Origin: an uncultured archaeon
GTDB taxonomy: Archaea; Asgardarchaeota; Lokiarchaeia; Sigyniarchaeales; SOKP01
Direction of reading: 5' to 3'
NCBI GenBank assembly: GCA_964508365.1
Contig: CAZDTP010000035.1
Location: 1-41,773, forward strand
Length of the DNA stretch: 41,773 bases
Shown in pieces: positions 9,626 through 18,542 of this stretch; the stretch's first letter is position 1; every line of letters begins with the position of its first letter. The position numbers and the translations under genes were made by a program. Under the pieces are notes generated by a model. The model had not been told where the DNA came from and did no database searches. It saw nothing but the letters and a program-made list of their open reading frames with translations.

Positions 9626-10159
9626 TTATTTTAATGGAACATATTTACTTGAACGTGTGGCTCCAATTCCTGGCGACCCATGTTGAACATGTCTTCTAGT
9701 GAGTGAGAATTCTCCGAGATAATGACCAATCATTTCAGGTTTCACTTCTACTATTTCGTAAGATTTCCCGTTATAGACACCAATTTGCAAACCAACCATC
9801 TCTGGGAAGATTACCATGTCTCTAACATGCGTCCTGGTAAGAATATCCTTTCCTCTTTTCTTAGCTCTATATGCCCTTCTTAATCTTTCAAGAAGTTTTT
9901 TTTGCCTAGGTGGCAATCCTCTTCTTAACGATCTACGCGCTCTCGAGGGTAGTAGTTTGACGAATTCGTCCATGTTCATTTTTTTAAGCTCCTCTAAGGT
10001 ATAACCTCTATAGTGAAATTTGAGTCGATCTCTTTCTCTTGCTAGGTCTAATTCTTTATCTTCTGTTTCTTCATCAATTTCTTCTGAAGGTTCTTCAGTT
10101 GTTTCATCCGGTGTCATTTCTTTTTGTTCTTCATCATCATGTTCTTCATTTGGAGCCAT
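9626..10159 (-). CDS. rps19: 30S ribosomal protein uS19 with acidic N-terminal extension
   Basis: [61 protein letters not shown]. Confidence 0.97.
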   Translation of the reverse strand: MAPNEEHDDEEQKEMTPDETTEEPSEEIDEETEDKELDLARERDRLKFHYRGYTLEELKKMNMDEFVKLLPSRARRSLRRGLPPRQKKLLERLRRAYRAKKRGKDILTRTHVRDMVIFPEMVGLQIGVYNGKSYEIVEVKPEMIGHYLGEFSLTRRHVQHGSPGIGATRSSKYVPLK

Positions 10160-10394
10160 TTTTCCACCAATCTAATTGTTCCATTCAATATTTTATGTTT
10201 ATTTTTTACGCGATATTGAACACGTGTAATGAAATTAGTTATCTATCAAATTTTAATTTTATTAAAACCAGAGAACCAAAAACCAAAAACTTAAAAGGTT
10301 GGGATGTGGCCTTCGAGGAAAATAGAAATATCTTTAAATCTCAATTTTTATCGATAGAGTTAAGTGGAGAATTTCAAGTTTCGCGTGTGATTGT

Positions 10395-11069
10395 TTAGCG
10401 ATAATTATTGGGATTAAATGCTCTAACAATATCTTCTTCATTAAATTTTCCACTCCATCTTTCTTCAACAATCACAAATTGTTCAGGATCGTTATTTGGA
10501 TTCATTATCGAATGATACATCATTTTAGCGTTTACAAAATTCGTTCCTACTTCTACAAAATAATAAACTCTGTTCGCATTTATAATTATTGGTCTACCTT
10601 TTAGAATCTTCCATATTTCGCTCCTGAATCTGTGTGTTTGGATTGAAATACCTATTCCTGGTTTAACATATATTAAATTATAATCGGTATAGGTGAATTT
10701 GATGCTGTACCATTTATTTAATACGTCAAGAAAACCATTTGGAACATTATATTTCTTTAAGAATTGTTCTGGGTCAATTTTTACTTTTTCAGAAAATTCG
10801 AATTTATATGGATTATAAATCGTAATATGATTAGAAAAATCGTTACTATAGTTTACTTCAATTTCCTCTTCATTTTTATTAATCAACATGTAATAATCGT
10901 TTGGTTTTATAATCAAATTAGCTTTTTTTAAATTTTGAGAGTAGAAATTATCACCATTTATAAGAAAAATGTTATCCAGATGATTAGAATCTATAATTAT
11001 CCTAAGTTCTTTCTGGTCGTTCTTTCTAAGGATTGTTCCTCTATCCGGTTGAATGATTTCTTTCTTCAC
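10395..11069 (-). CDS. Cupin protein, C-terminal domain resembling type II phosphomannose isomerase
   Basis: ISIQTHRFRSEIW..LKG ... HSIMN ... IVEE matches the SLQxHxxRxEHW...H..N..E pattern of type II PMI cupins; N-terminal half unrecognised. Confidence 0.6.
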   Translation of the reverse strand: MKKEIIQPDRGTILRKNDQKELRIIIDSNHLDNIFLINGDNFYSQNLKKANLIIKPNDYYMLINKNEEEIEVNYSNDFSNHITIYNPYKFEFSEKVKIDPEQFLKKYNVPNGFLDVLNKWYSIKFTYTDYNLIYVKPGIGISIQTHRFRSEIWKILKGRPIIINANRVYYFVEVGTNFVNAKMMYHSIMNPNNDPEQFVIVEERWSGKFNEEDIVRAFNPNNYR

Positions 11070-11087
11070 GCGACTAACCTTTGACTT

Positions 11088-12050
11088 TTATGCACTATTA
11101 TATTCTTTAAAACGTTCCTTAATTTCGTTTAGATATGGTAATGATGCTTGCGCTCCCTTTCGAGTGACTGCTATTGAAGCAGCCGCCGATGCATATTTTA
11201 CAGATGTTATTAGATTCTCACCTAGGTTTAACATGCTTGCTAATACACCATTAAAACAATCGCCAGCACCTACAGTATCAACTGCTTGAACTTTTAAGGC
11301 GGGTACGTATGTGGTTCTATCTTTTTTTGCGTCGTATATTAAAGACCCCTTACTCCCAAGTGTTGTTATGATTACATTCACTCCATATTCTGATATATCT
11401 CTGGAAGCTTGAATTATTCTTTCTTTTTTCTCACCTTTCAGATCTTTAAGGTTCAATAATGAATGTAACCGTAATAGTTCTCCCTCGTTTGGGATTAGGA
11501 TATCTACATTACTTAAGATTGAATGACTAATAGGTTTTAAAGGCGCAGGATTAAGAATTTTTATAGAGTTACCTTGAGCTGCTATTTTATAAATTTCTTC
11601 AATAGTTACTGAAGGTATTTCCATTTGAACAACTAAACAGTTTGCGTTTCTAATAATTTCATTGTTTGCTTTAATGTTATCAGGTTTTAAATTGAAATTA
11701 GCTCCTGGCGCCACACTAATCATATTTTCACCAGTTTTATCTATCAAAATAAAAGCAATCCCACTTGATTCCTGGGAATCCCTAATAATGTATTTAAGAT
11801 TAATTCCCTCAGATTTTAATTGCAAAATCATTTGGTCTCCAAATGCGTCTGTTCCAATTTTACCAATAAAAATAGTTTTGGAACCGGATCTTGCAGAAGC
11901 AACTGCTTGATTCGCACCCTTTCCTCCTAAGAATTGCTTAAAAACACCTCCAGTTACAGTTTCTCCTGGATTAGGAAATCTTTCAGAGTAAATATTCAAA
12001 TCCATATTGCTTGAACCGACGATAAGAACGTAGCGATCGAGATTTGACAT
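11088..12050 (-). CDS. rbsK: Ribokinase (PfkB family)
   Basis: VGSSNMDL, GGKGANQA, QME, NPAP, PNEGE, DTVGAGDCF anion-hole motif. Confidence 0.92.
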   Translation of the reverse strand: MSNLDRYVLIVGSSNMDLNIYSERFPNPGETVTGGVFKQFLGGKGANQAVASARSGSKTIFIGKIGTDAFGDQMILQLKSEGINLKYIIRDSQESSGIAFILIDKTGENMISVAPGANFNLKPDNIKANNEIIRNANCLVVQMEIPSVTIEEIYKIAAQGNSIKILNPAPLKPISHSILSNVDILIPNEGELLRLHSLLNLKDLKGEKKERIIQASRDISEYGVNVIITTLGSKGSLIYDAKKDRTTYVPALKVQAVDTVGAGDCFNGVLASMLNLGENLITSVKYASAAASIAVTRKGAQASLPYLNEIKERFKEYNSA

Positions 12051-12268
12051 GGCTTAGCTTTTATAAAAACGATTCTTTAAATTATAATTTCTTTTATAAT
12101 ATCAAATTATGGATCATCACAATTAAAACCAAATGATCCTTAACGAATGGTTTTAATTTAATATAATGTTAAAAATAATAATAAGTAATGCAACTGTGCT
12201 TGAATAAGCAAAGTTACCTTGCTTGAAAATATAAAAAAAAAAGTCTGAAATTCACAAAGGTGTTTAAT

Positions 12269-12586
12269 ATGGCCAAAGACAAGATAATTGGAGCAATCGT
12301 TATGATCCTTGGCATTCTAATCGCTATTATCTACACCATGGGAAGCGTTCTTGATTTATGGTTTAATACCTTAGGAAACAATCCTAATTGGGATGTAGCG
12401 TTTAAATTGTTTGGTATCGATTGGCTCGATTATAGATTATTTACCGTTCTACCACTCTGGATTATGGTACTATTGATTGCTATAATTGCTATTTGGATTG
12501 GTTATAGCATGTTGACTACTCCAGCCCCTGTTCCACTCGAAGAATTGGAAGAGGAATTAGCTGCTGAAGAGGAATCCAAAGAGTAA
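12269..12586 (+). CDS. Small two-TM membrane protein, DPM2-like, with acidic tail
   Basis: ATG at 12269 preceded by AAGGTG (track start at GTG 12260); DKIIG..IYT...LPL..GYSMLTT..P.PLEELEEE; likeness to DPM2 is by-eye only. Confidence 0.55.
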   Translation: MAKDKIIGAIVMILGILIAIIYTMGSVLDLWFNTLGNNPNWDVAFKLFGIDWLDYRLFTVLPLWIMVLLIAIIAIWIGYSMLTTPAPVPLEELEEELAAEEESKE

Positions 12587-12594
12587 AAATAAGA

Positions 12595-12625
12595 TTTTTT
12601 TATTTTTTTTTATTTTTTTTATTTT
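12595..12625 (+). terminator. Oligo-T tract, archaeal-type intrinsic terminator candidate
   Basis: Repeated long T runs separated by single A, immediately after the stop at 12586. Confidence 0.55.
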
Positions 12626-12643
12626 AAAATTAAGGATATGATT

Positions 12644-13384
12644 CTAAAAGGATAATTTCGTAAAGTTCATATCCAGATTCGCTAAATTTATTTTAATCAA
12701 AGAATAATTAGGAATTTCTTTAGCATTATTAGTAAGTGGTGTTGTGCTTACGATGACTTCGTTGTATTTTCGACTTATAAATAAAGTATGGTGCCGACCG
12801 TTAAAATTCGTATTATGATTAGTTATCACATTACACATTTGGGAATTAAAGAGAAACGCGTTAGCTCCGGCGCCAATATCAATTTCCTTAAATATAAATT
12901 CCAAACCACTCTTTAAATCTTTGCCTTTTTGTATTTGGTCAATTATAGAACATAAATACTTTCGGGTATCTAAACTAGTCTCCCTATAAATTCTATTCAA
13001 TTTAGGGGTGTTTAGTTTTTTTTCAGGAAAATTTTTAATTATGCCATTATGGGTAATTAGATACTTTTCAACAATATTTATCGGGTGTACATTTTCAAAT
13101 TTCCTTTTCCATGGGAGTGTTTTCCTTGCGTGAACTAAAAGAAATCGAGTTTTAATCTTGGTAAGGCTTTCCCAATCAGCGTGGTAAATTGGGTTAATAT
13201 CTCGCTTAATTACGAGTTCTTTATTATTTTCTGAGAGATAAGCAAACCCCCAGCCTAAGCCATGATGTCCTAAAATGTCATATTTCTTAAAATAATTCCA
13301 GTGACATGTTGCGAGAAATTGTTTTAGAATTGTATAATTGATAAAGAATGGTTTAAGAGAACACTTAAAGAACATGCGACACAT
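12644..13384 (-). CDS. Class II glutamine amidotransferase / Ntn hydrolase (YafJ/EgtC-like)
   Basis: Starts MCRM (Cys nucleophile after Met removal), GWGFAY, LVHARK, THNG. Confidence 0.8.
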   Translation of the reverse strand: MCRMFFKCSLKPFFINYTILKQFLATCHWNYFKKYDILGHHGLGWGFAYLSENNKELVIKRDINPIYHADWESLTKIKTRFLLVHARKTLPWKRKFENVHPINIVEKYLITHNGIIKNFPEKKLNTPKLNRIYRETSLDTRKYLCSIIDQIQKGKDLKSGLEFIFKEIDIGAGANAFLFNSQMCNVITNHNTNFNGRHHTLFISRKYNEVIVSTTPLTNNAKEIPNYSLIKINLANLDMNFTKLSF

Positions 13385-13422
13385 AATCTATCCTTTAGAC
13401 GTACTAGATCTGTATATAAAAA

Positions 13423-14544
13423 TTAAATCTCACCTAAAAAGTAAGCGAATAAAGAACCGTCGTCGTGACAAGTAATTAGAGTTTTTAAATCTAAATCGAA
13501 TTTTGCGTCATTAACACACGATTTCTTTTTAATTTCTGCTAAGATTTTTCCGGTATTACCTTCAATGAGAAGTATTCTACCCTTAGTTGTACCAATAATA
13601 AAGAAATCAAATCCTTTTAAGATAACATATAATACCGTTTCCACATTTACATTATTAATTTCCCAAAGACTATCTAAATCTTGGTTGAAACACATCAATT
13701 TAGAACTGAACTCGAGTTCATGAATGTTTATCAAACTTTCAAAAAAATCAAAAGAGTATGTGCTAACAAGTAGGCTAGATTTTTTCATAGAGGCAAAAAG
13801 AGAACATTTCCACACGTACTCTTGGCATTGAATTGTTTTTATTTCATTGTAAGAACTTTTTTCAATGAAGTGAAGCATCTTATCGTCTCCTCCACATACA
13901 ATAAATTCTTTTCCATTTGAGTTGAAAATGGAAACGCAGCGAATTTTATCAGTATATTGTTTAAACCACGATAAATCGCCGTTCATTCCTTTAAAAATTC
14001 TTAATGTCCCATCATTTCCGGCAGCAATGACTTCTTTCAGAGCGGGTTCTAAAGGATCTTGCCAAACTATAGCGTCCCCAATTCCATCTTCAAATAATTG
14101 TCCCCAAATTAAGGATCCATCTAAAGGATTTAAAACTCTCAGACTCTTGTCTATAGAGTATGCAATGATTTCATTCAGATTATCATTATTAATGTCTGAT
14201 AGTAAAAATCCGCTAATAGATGCTCCAAATTGATGTTTCCAGAATGATTCCAATTCGTAGGAAGTATTACATTTAAATACTCTTAATATACCGTCTAATC
14301 CGCCCAAAATTAATTCACTTTTATTGTCATCATCAATATCTCTTACTTCTATCTTCCAAATGGATGATTTTTCCGTTATTTTTTTATCCGATAAAATTTT
14401 TCCGGTCAAAGAAAGAATCAATAATCTTCCTGATTTTAAAGCTGCTATAATTTCTTTATGACCATTATTATTAATGTCTCCAATTTCAATTTGTAGAATA
14501 GGTTCATCAATTTGATACTGCCACTTTTCTTTTAAATTAATCAT
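13423..14544 (-). CDS. Beta-propeller protein with FG-GAP-like repeats
   Basis: Repeats GDINNNGHKEII, RDIDDDNKSELILG, SDINNDNLNEII, followed by WD-like strands; no signal peptide apparent. Confidence 0.75.
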   Translation of the reverse strand: MINLKEKWQYQIDEPILQIEIGDINNNGHKEIIAALKSGRLLILSLTGKILSDKKITEKSSIWKIEVRDIDDDNKSELILGGLDGILRVFKCNTSYELESFWKHQFGASISGFLLSDINNDNLNEIIAYSIDKSLRVLNPLDGSLIWGQLFEDGIGDAIVWQDPLEPALKEVIAAGNDGTLRIFKGMNGDLSWFKQYTDKIRCVSIFNSNGKEFIVCGGDDKMLHFIEKSSYNEIKTIQCQEYVWKCSLFASMKKSSLLVSTYSFDFFESLINIHELEFSSKLMCFNQDLDSLWEINNVNVETVLYVILKGFDFFIIGTTKGRILLIEGNTGKILAEIKKKSCVNDAKFDLDLKTLITCHDDGSLFAYFLGEI

Positions 14545-14684
14545 ATGTATATTCTCTAATTTATTATTGCTTAGTAATTACATAATATCAATAAAATCAA
14601 TTATTTTAAATAAGATATAATTATAAATAAAAATAAATTAAATTCTAGTTAATTACTTAAATTTCGGATTAAAAGTGATATAAT

Positions 14685-15146
14685 ATGTCAGAAGAGAGAA
14701 ATGAAATTCCAACATCAACATTTTTTATAGGGGCGTTCATCACTAGTGCTATTGGTGGAGTTTTACTCTTAGCATTAGATTTTGGATGGTGGGATGGTTC
14801 AAACTATTACCTCGGAGTTTATATTTATGGTTGGATTGGTGCATGGAATGGTTTACTTGGTATTCCGATTATAATTTCAGGATTCTTGCTTTTGTACTGT
14901 ATGGGTATTTCAATCTTAATTCTTAGATTCCCTGAAAAAATCCCAGATAAGAAGTATGTTAAATATGGATTATATGCTTCAATTATTGTTTTTATCTTAT
15001 GTGTAATCGGGGGTATTATTTTCGCTGTAGAAATGACAATTGAGGACGCTTGGTGGGGATTTAGCGCAGGTTTTTATGGGGGTATTATAGGAAGCTTTTT
15101 AACCGCTATTTTATATTTCCTTGGTTTGAAAAACCTTGAGTTATAA
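14685..15146 (+). CDS. Hypothetical Gly-rich membrane protein (about 4 TM)
   Basis: Hydrophobic segments, family not recognised. Confidence 0.6.
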   Translation: MSEERNEIPTSTFFIGAFITSAIGGVLLLALDFGWWDGSNYYLGVYIYGWIGAWNGLLGIPIIISGFLLLYCMGISILILRFPEKIPDKKYVKYGLYASIIVFILCVIGGIIFAVEMTIEDAWWGFSAGFYGGIIGSFLTAILYFLGLKNLEL

Positions 15147-15322
15147 CAATTTTTTACCATTTTTTCTTTTTTTGTTTTGTTACTTTTGAAAACTTTACAG
15201 GATCATTTCTTAAAATAAGAAAGAGATTTAAATTTTTTACACAATTTCTCATAAACAAAGGTAATTATTTTATCAATTCGAAAATTACTTAATTCCGAAA
15301 AAAAATTAATAAGGATTCGAAA

Positions 15323-15520
15323 ATGAGCTTTAAAATTAAAATAGATTTAGATGGTTGTACTGGTTGTGGAACTTGTTACGAAGTCTGCCCAAGCGAATGT
15401 TTTGGGGAACCAGAAGGCGGAAAGGTAAATGTACTCGAAGATAATAGAGATGACTGCGTCGGTTGCAGAGCATGTGAAACCCAGTGTCCCGAGGAAGTAA
15501 TCGAGATTATTGAGGAATAA
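15323..15520 (+). CDS. fdx: 2[4Fe-4S] ferredoxin
   Basis: Two CxxCxxCxxxCP motifs (CTGCGTCYEVCP, CVGCRACETQCP). Confidence 0.95.
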   Translation: MSFKIKIDLDGCTGCGTCYEVCPSECFGEPEGGKVNVLEDNRDDCVGCRACETQCPEEVIEIIEE

Positions 15521-15620
15521 GAATCAAGAAATTCTCTTAGATATTTTTTTAGCAAATATTTTTTTTTTAATTATTTTTAAATTACTTTTTTGATGTTATA
15601 ATGCTTTTTTAAGAAAAAAG

Positions 15621-15644
15621 TTCGTGAAACCGGCCTTTCACGAA
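15621..15644. repeat. Perfect 9-bp inverted repeat (hairpin) between convergent genes
   Basis: TTCGTGAAA-CCGGCC-TTTCACGAA. Confidence 0.7.
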
Positions 15645-15745
15645 AAATGTAACCTATTAAAATAATATGTTGAAATATCTTCTGATATTACATTTTTCAA
15701 AAAATTACAATTCGAAAAAAATTTTTAGAAAATAGGTTTTAGAAC

Positions 15746-16858
15746 CTACCAAAGCAAAATTTTTCCACAATTCTTGCATGTACCTTCGTTAATTTGCATG
15801 TTGAGACAATTTTCGTGATAAGTAGTCTCACATGATTGGCATTTATAAATTTTCCCCCTATATTCGCCATAATCGTAACCACAATAACTACATTTATCCG
15901 CATATGAGAAGTTAGCGCTATTTACGTCAACTTCAACTATTTGAGTAGTACCCGTTAAACCCATATTTGAACTAGTGGGATTTAAGTATTGGTTATTTTG
16001 TCCATAAGAGGTTTCCTGTTGAGGTTGAGCGTAAGTTTGAGGTTGTTCCCAATCAGATACATACCCTTTTGTAGGTTTTTTTGAAATTCCCATCTTTGTA
16101 GATACTTTTTCGTCTAATATATTGGTTAAAATTAAGGCTGAAGCGTATTTACCTTTTGCTCCTCCTTTCTGTAAATGTGTATGGGAAATTAAATGAATAA
16201 CACGTCCTCCCGCGTTACCATGATTAAAATAACACAATACAGGATCCTCGCCCCATTTTTGCTTAATATGATAAGATTTGATTAAAATACGAACTGCAGG
16301 GCTGAGAATTTGAATAGGAAAAGATCTATTTTCAAGCCACCACTTAAATTCAGCTTTCTTTGTATCTTTAGCTGTCATTTTTTGCCATTTAGCTTGTTGT
16401 ATTTCGCTTAATACACCTTCTAAGAAAGGATGATCTGGTTCAACTATTTGACAAGCAACAACAGCATCAGCAGTTTTTTGTCCGTTCCACCGAATATAAC
16501 CGGGAAAAATATTTTCAACTATATATTTTATTGCCCAATCAGTTGTTATTAACCAACCTCCAGTTAGAGACACATACTCACTGATTTTTGGGAAAGCGGA
16601 ATGCGGAATTTTATCTCCGGGGCATCCGATCAAAACAACATCGTAATCACTTAAATTATATTTCATAATATCATTAGGACTAATCGTAATGTGTTTTGCT
16701 GCGTACATATGATCTATCACTTTTTTAGGGTGTTCGTAGCGACCTTCCACCGCAAGGATTTTACCGTGCTTTTCAACCGCTTTTACAACATCCTTTTTAT
16801 CAAGTGCTTCCATTTTGCGACGTTTAACTTCAGAATACAGATCCTTCCAACTGCTCAT
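15746..16858 (-). CDS. Uncharacterised protein: class I GATase-like fold, Q-rich linker, C-terminal C4HC3 Zn finger
   Basis: LSDYDVVLIGCPG..EYV..GGWLITTDWA; C-x2-C-x13-C-x2-C-x4-H-x2-C-x9-C-x2-C at C-terminus. Confidence 0.65.
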   Translation of the reverse strand: MSSWKDLYSEVKRRKMEALDKKDVVKAVEKHGKILAVEGRYEHPKKVIDHMYAAKHITISPNDIMKYNLSDYDVVLIGCPGDKIPHSAFPKISEYVSLTGGWLITTDWAIKYIVENIFPGYIRWNGQKTADAVVACQIVEPDHPFLEGVLSEIQQAKWQKMTAKDTKKAEFKWWLENRSFPIQILSPAVRILIKSYHIKQKWGEDPVLCYFNHGNAGGRVIHLISHTHLQKGGAKGKYASALILTNILDEKVSTKMGISKKPTKGYVSDWEQPQTYAQPQQETSYGQNNQYLNPTSSNMGLTGTTQIVEVDVNSANFSYADKCSYCGYDYGEYRGKIYKCQSCETTYHENCLNMQINEGTCKNCGKILLW

Positions 16859-16957
16859 TTTATATCCTCTATTACAATTGTTATAAGCAATTAAATATTA
16901 TTTTGTATAAGTAATAAAAAATAATTCATATTTATATTTGCATTGAAAGGGATATTT

Positions 16958-18457
16958 ATGGAAAATTTAAAAGATTTTGGCGAACCTTCAGAATTTTGGC
17001 AATATTTTTACGAAATTACGAGAATTCCTCGATGTTCGACATATGAAGATAAGATAAGAGAATATATTAAAAATGAAGCTGAGAAATTGGGGTTTCAAAC
17101 TAAAGTTGATACAATAAAAAATTTAGTTGTACGAATTCCTTCAAACAGAGACCCTGAAAGTAATAAATTAGGAGTCGTACTACAAAGCCACATGGATATG
17201 GTATGCGAAAAAAATGAACATATACAGCACGATTTCTTGAAAGATCCCTTAAAACTAAAAACGATTGAAATTGAAAACGAGAGATGGTTAACTGCTGAAG
17301 GAACGACATTGGGTGCAGATAATGGTGTTGGGATCGCATATCAGCTTGCAATTATGAAAAAAATACATAATGGAAGCTTAGATTTTGATGCACTTGATCT
17401 AGATTTATTGTTCACAGTTGATGAGGAGAGAGGTCTTTCTGGTGCAAGCCAAATGGATAAAAATTTGATAAGTGGAAAATATCTGTTAAACCTTGATTCA
17501 GAAGAAGATGAAAGGTTCACCATTGGGTGTGCCGGAGGAAGGGTCTTTAAGGCTGAAGTAAGTTACGAGAGAGAATTATTAAGCACCCCGAATTTGAAAG
17601 CGATAAAAATCTCCATTTCTGGACTACTTGGGGGACATTCAGGGACAGATATTAACAAAAAAAGAGGAAATGCTCTAAAAATATTAACTGAAATAATTTG
17701 GAAAATAAATTCGAAATTTAATATTTTAGTTAATTCTTTAGAGGGAGGAAACTTAACTAATGCGATTCCTAGGGAAGCTCATGCTATTTTCTTTATAGAA
17801 CAGAGCCAAAAGTATGAACTTGAAGCATTTTTAAAAGAAATAATCCCTCATATTAAGAATCTTTATGAAGGAACAGATTCGAACTTATTAATTTCAATAG
17901 ATCTCTTAAAAAATTTCACTGATAAAACAACATTTTCAAAGGATTTCCAAAATATATTAGTTGATCTTTTTTATTTAATACCAAATGGACCTATTTTTTT
18001 ACACCCTACAAGTGAAGGACTAGTACATACATCACTGAATTTTGCAGTGGTGCACACATTAGAAAACATAATCGAATTCAAAGTTAGTACAAGAAGTTTA
18101 GAACAATATGATAAAGATACTTTATTTGAGAAGCTAAAGACCCTCTTAAAAATGTCTGGGTTAGACATAAACATTAAGATAATTACTATCTATCCAAGTT
18201 GGCCACCAGATTTTAACTCAAAGTTAACTGAAATATCAAAACAAGTATATAAAAATCTTTTTGATAAAGAAGTAACTATCAAAGCGATTCATGCCGGATT
18301 GGAATGTGCCTTTTTTAGTAGTTATTATCCAGATATGGAGATGATATCATTAGGACCAGATGTACTTGGTGGACATTCTCCTGACGAACGACTTAAAATA
18401 AAAAGCGTTGCGAAAATTTGGAAATTTTTAATTGCATTACTCCAGAATTTAAACTAG
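16958..18457 (+). CDS. pepD: Aminoacyl-histidine dipeptidase (peptidase M20C)
   Basis: LQSHMDMVCEKN, TTLGADNG.G, VDEERG, NLDSE, GGHSG, IHAGLEC, HSPDE; ATG 16958 preferred over TTG 16943. Confidence 0.93.
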   Translation: MENLKDFGEPSEFWQYFYEITRIPRCSTYEDKIREYIKNEAEKLGFQTKVDTIKNLVVRIPSNRDPESNKLGVVLQSHMDMVCEKNEHIQHDFLKDPLKLKTIEIENERWLTAEGTTLGADNGVGIAYQLAIMKKIHNGSLDFDALDLDLLFTVDEERGLSGASQMDKNLISGKYLLNLDSEEDERFTIGCAGGRVFKAEVSYERELLSTPNLKAIKISISGLLGGHSGTDINKKRGNALKILTEIIWKINSKFNILVNSLEGGNLTNAIPREAHAIFFIEQSQKYELEAFLKEIIPHIKNLYEGTDSNLLISIDLLKNFTDKTTFSKDFQNILVDLFYLIPNGPIFLHPTSEGLVHTSLNFAVVHTLENIIEFKVSTRSLEQYDKDTLFEKLKTLLKMSGLDINIKIITIYPSWPPDFNSKLTEISKQVYKNLFDKEVTIKAIHAGLECAFFSSYYPDMEMISLGPDVLGGHSPDERLKIKSVAKIWKFLIALLQNLN

Positions 18458-18542
18458 ATATCTTGAATACCAACTGCTTTTATAACAAAATTTTAATTTA
18501 AAAAAAATTTATAAATCAAAGTAAATAAATTTCGAGATTGCG

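Noticed and set aside
926-11910. Short ORFs overlapping ribosomal and rbsK genes (for example 930-1178, 3682-3978, 5404-5745, 8020-8412, 11662-11910)
   Set aside because: Antisense or off-frame shadows of well-conserved genes in AT-rich DNA, with no recognisable motifs
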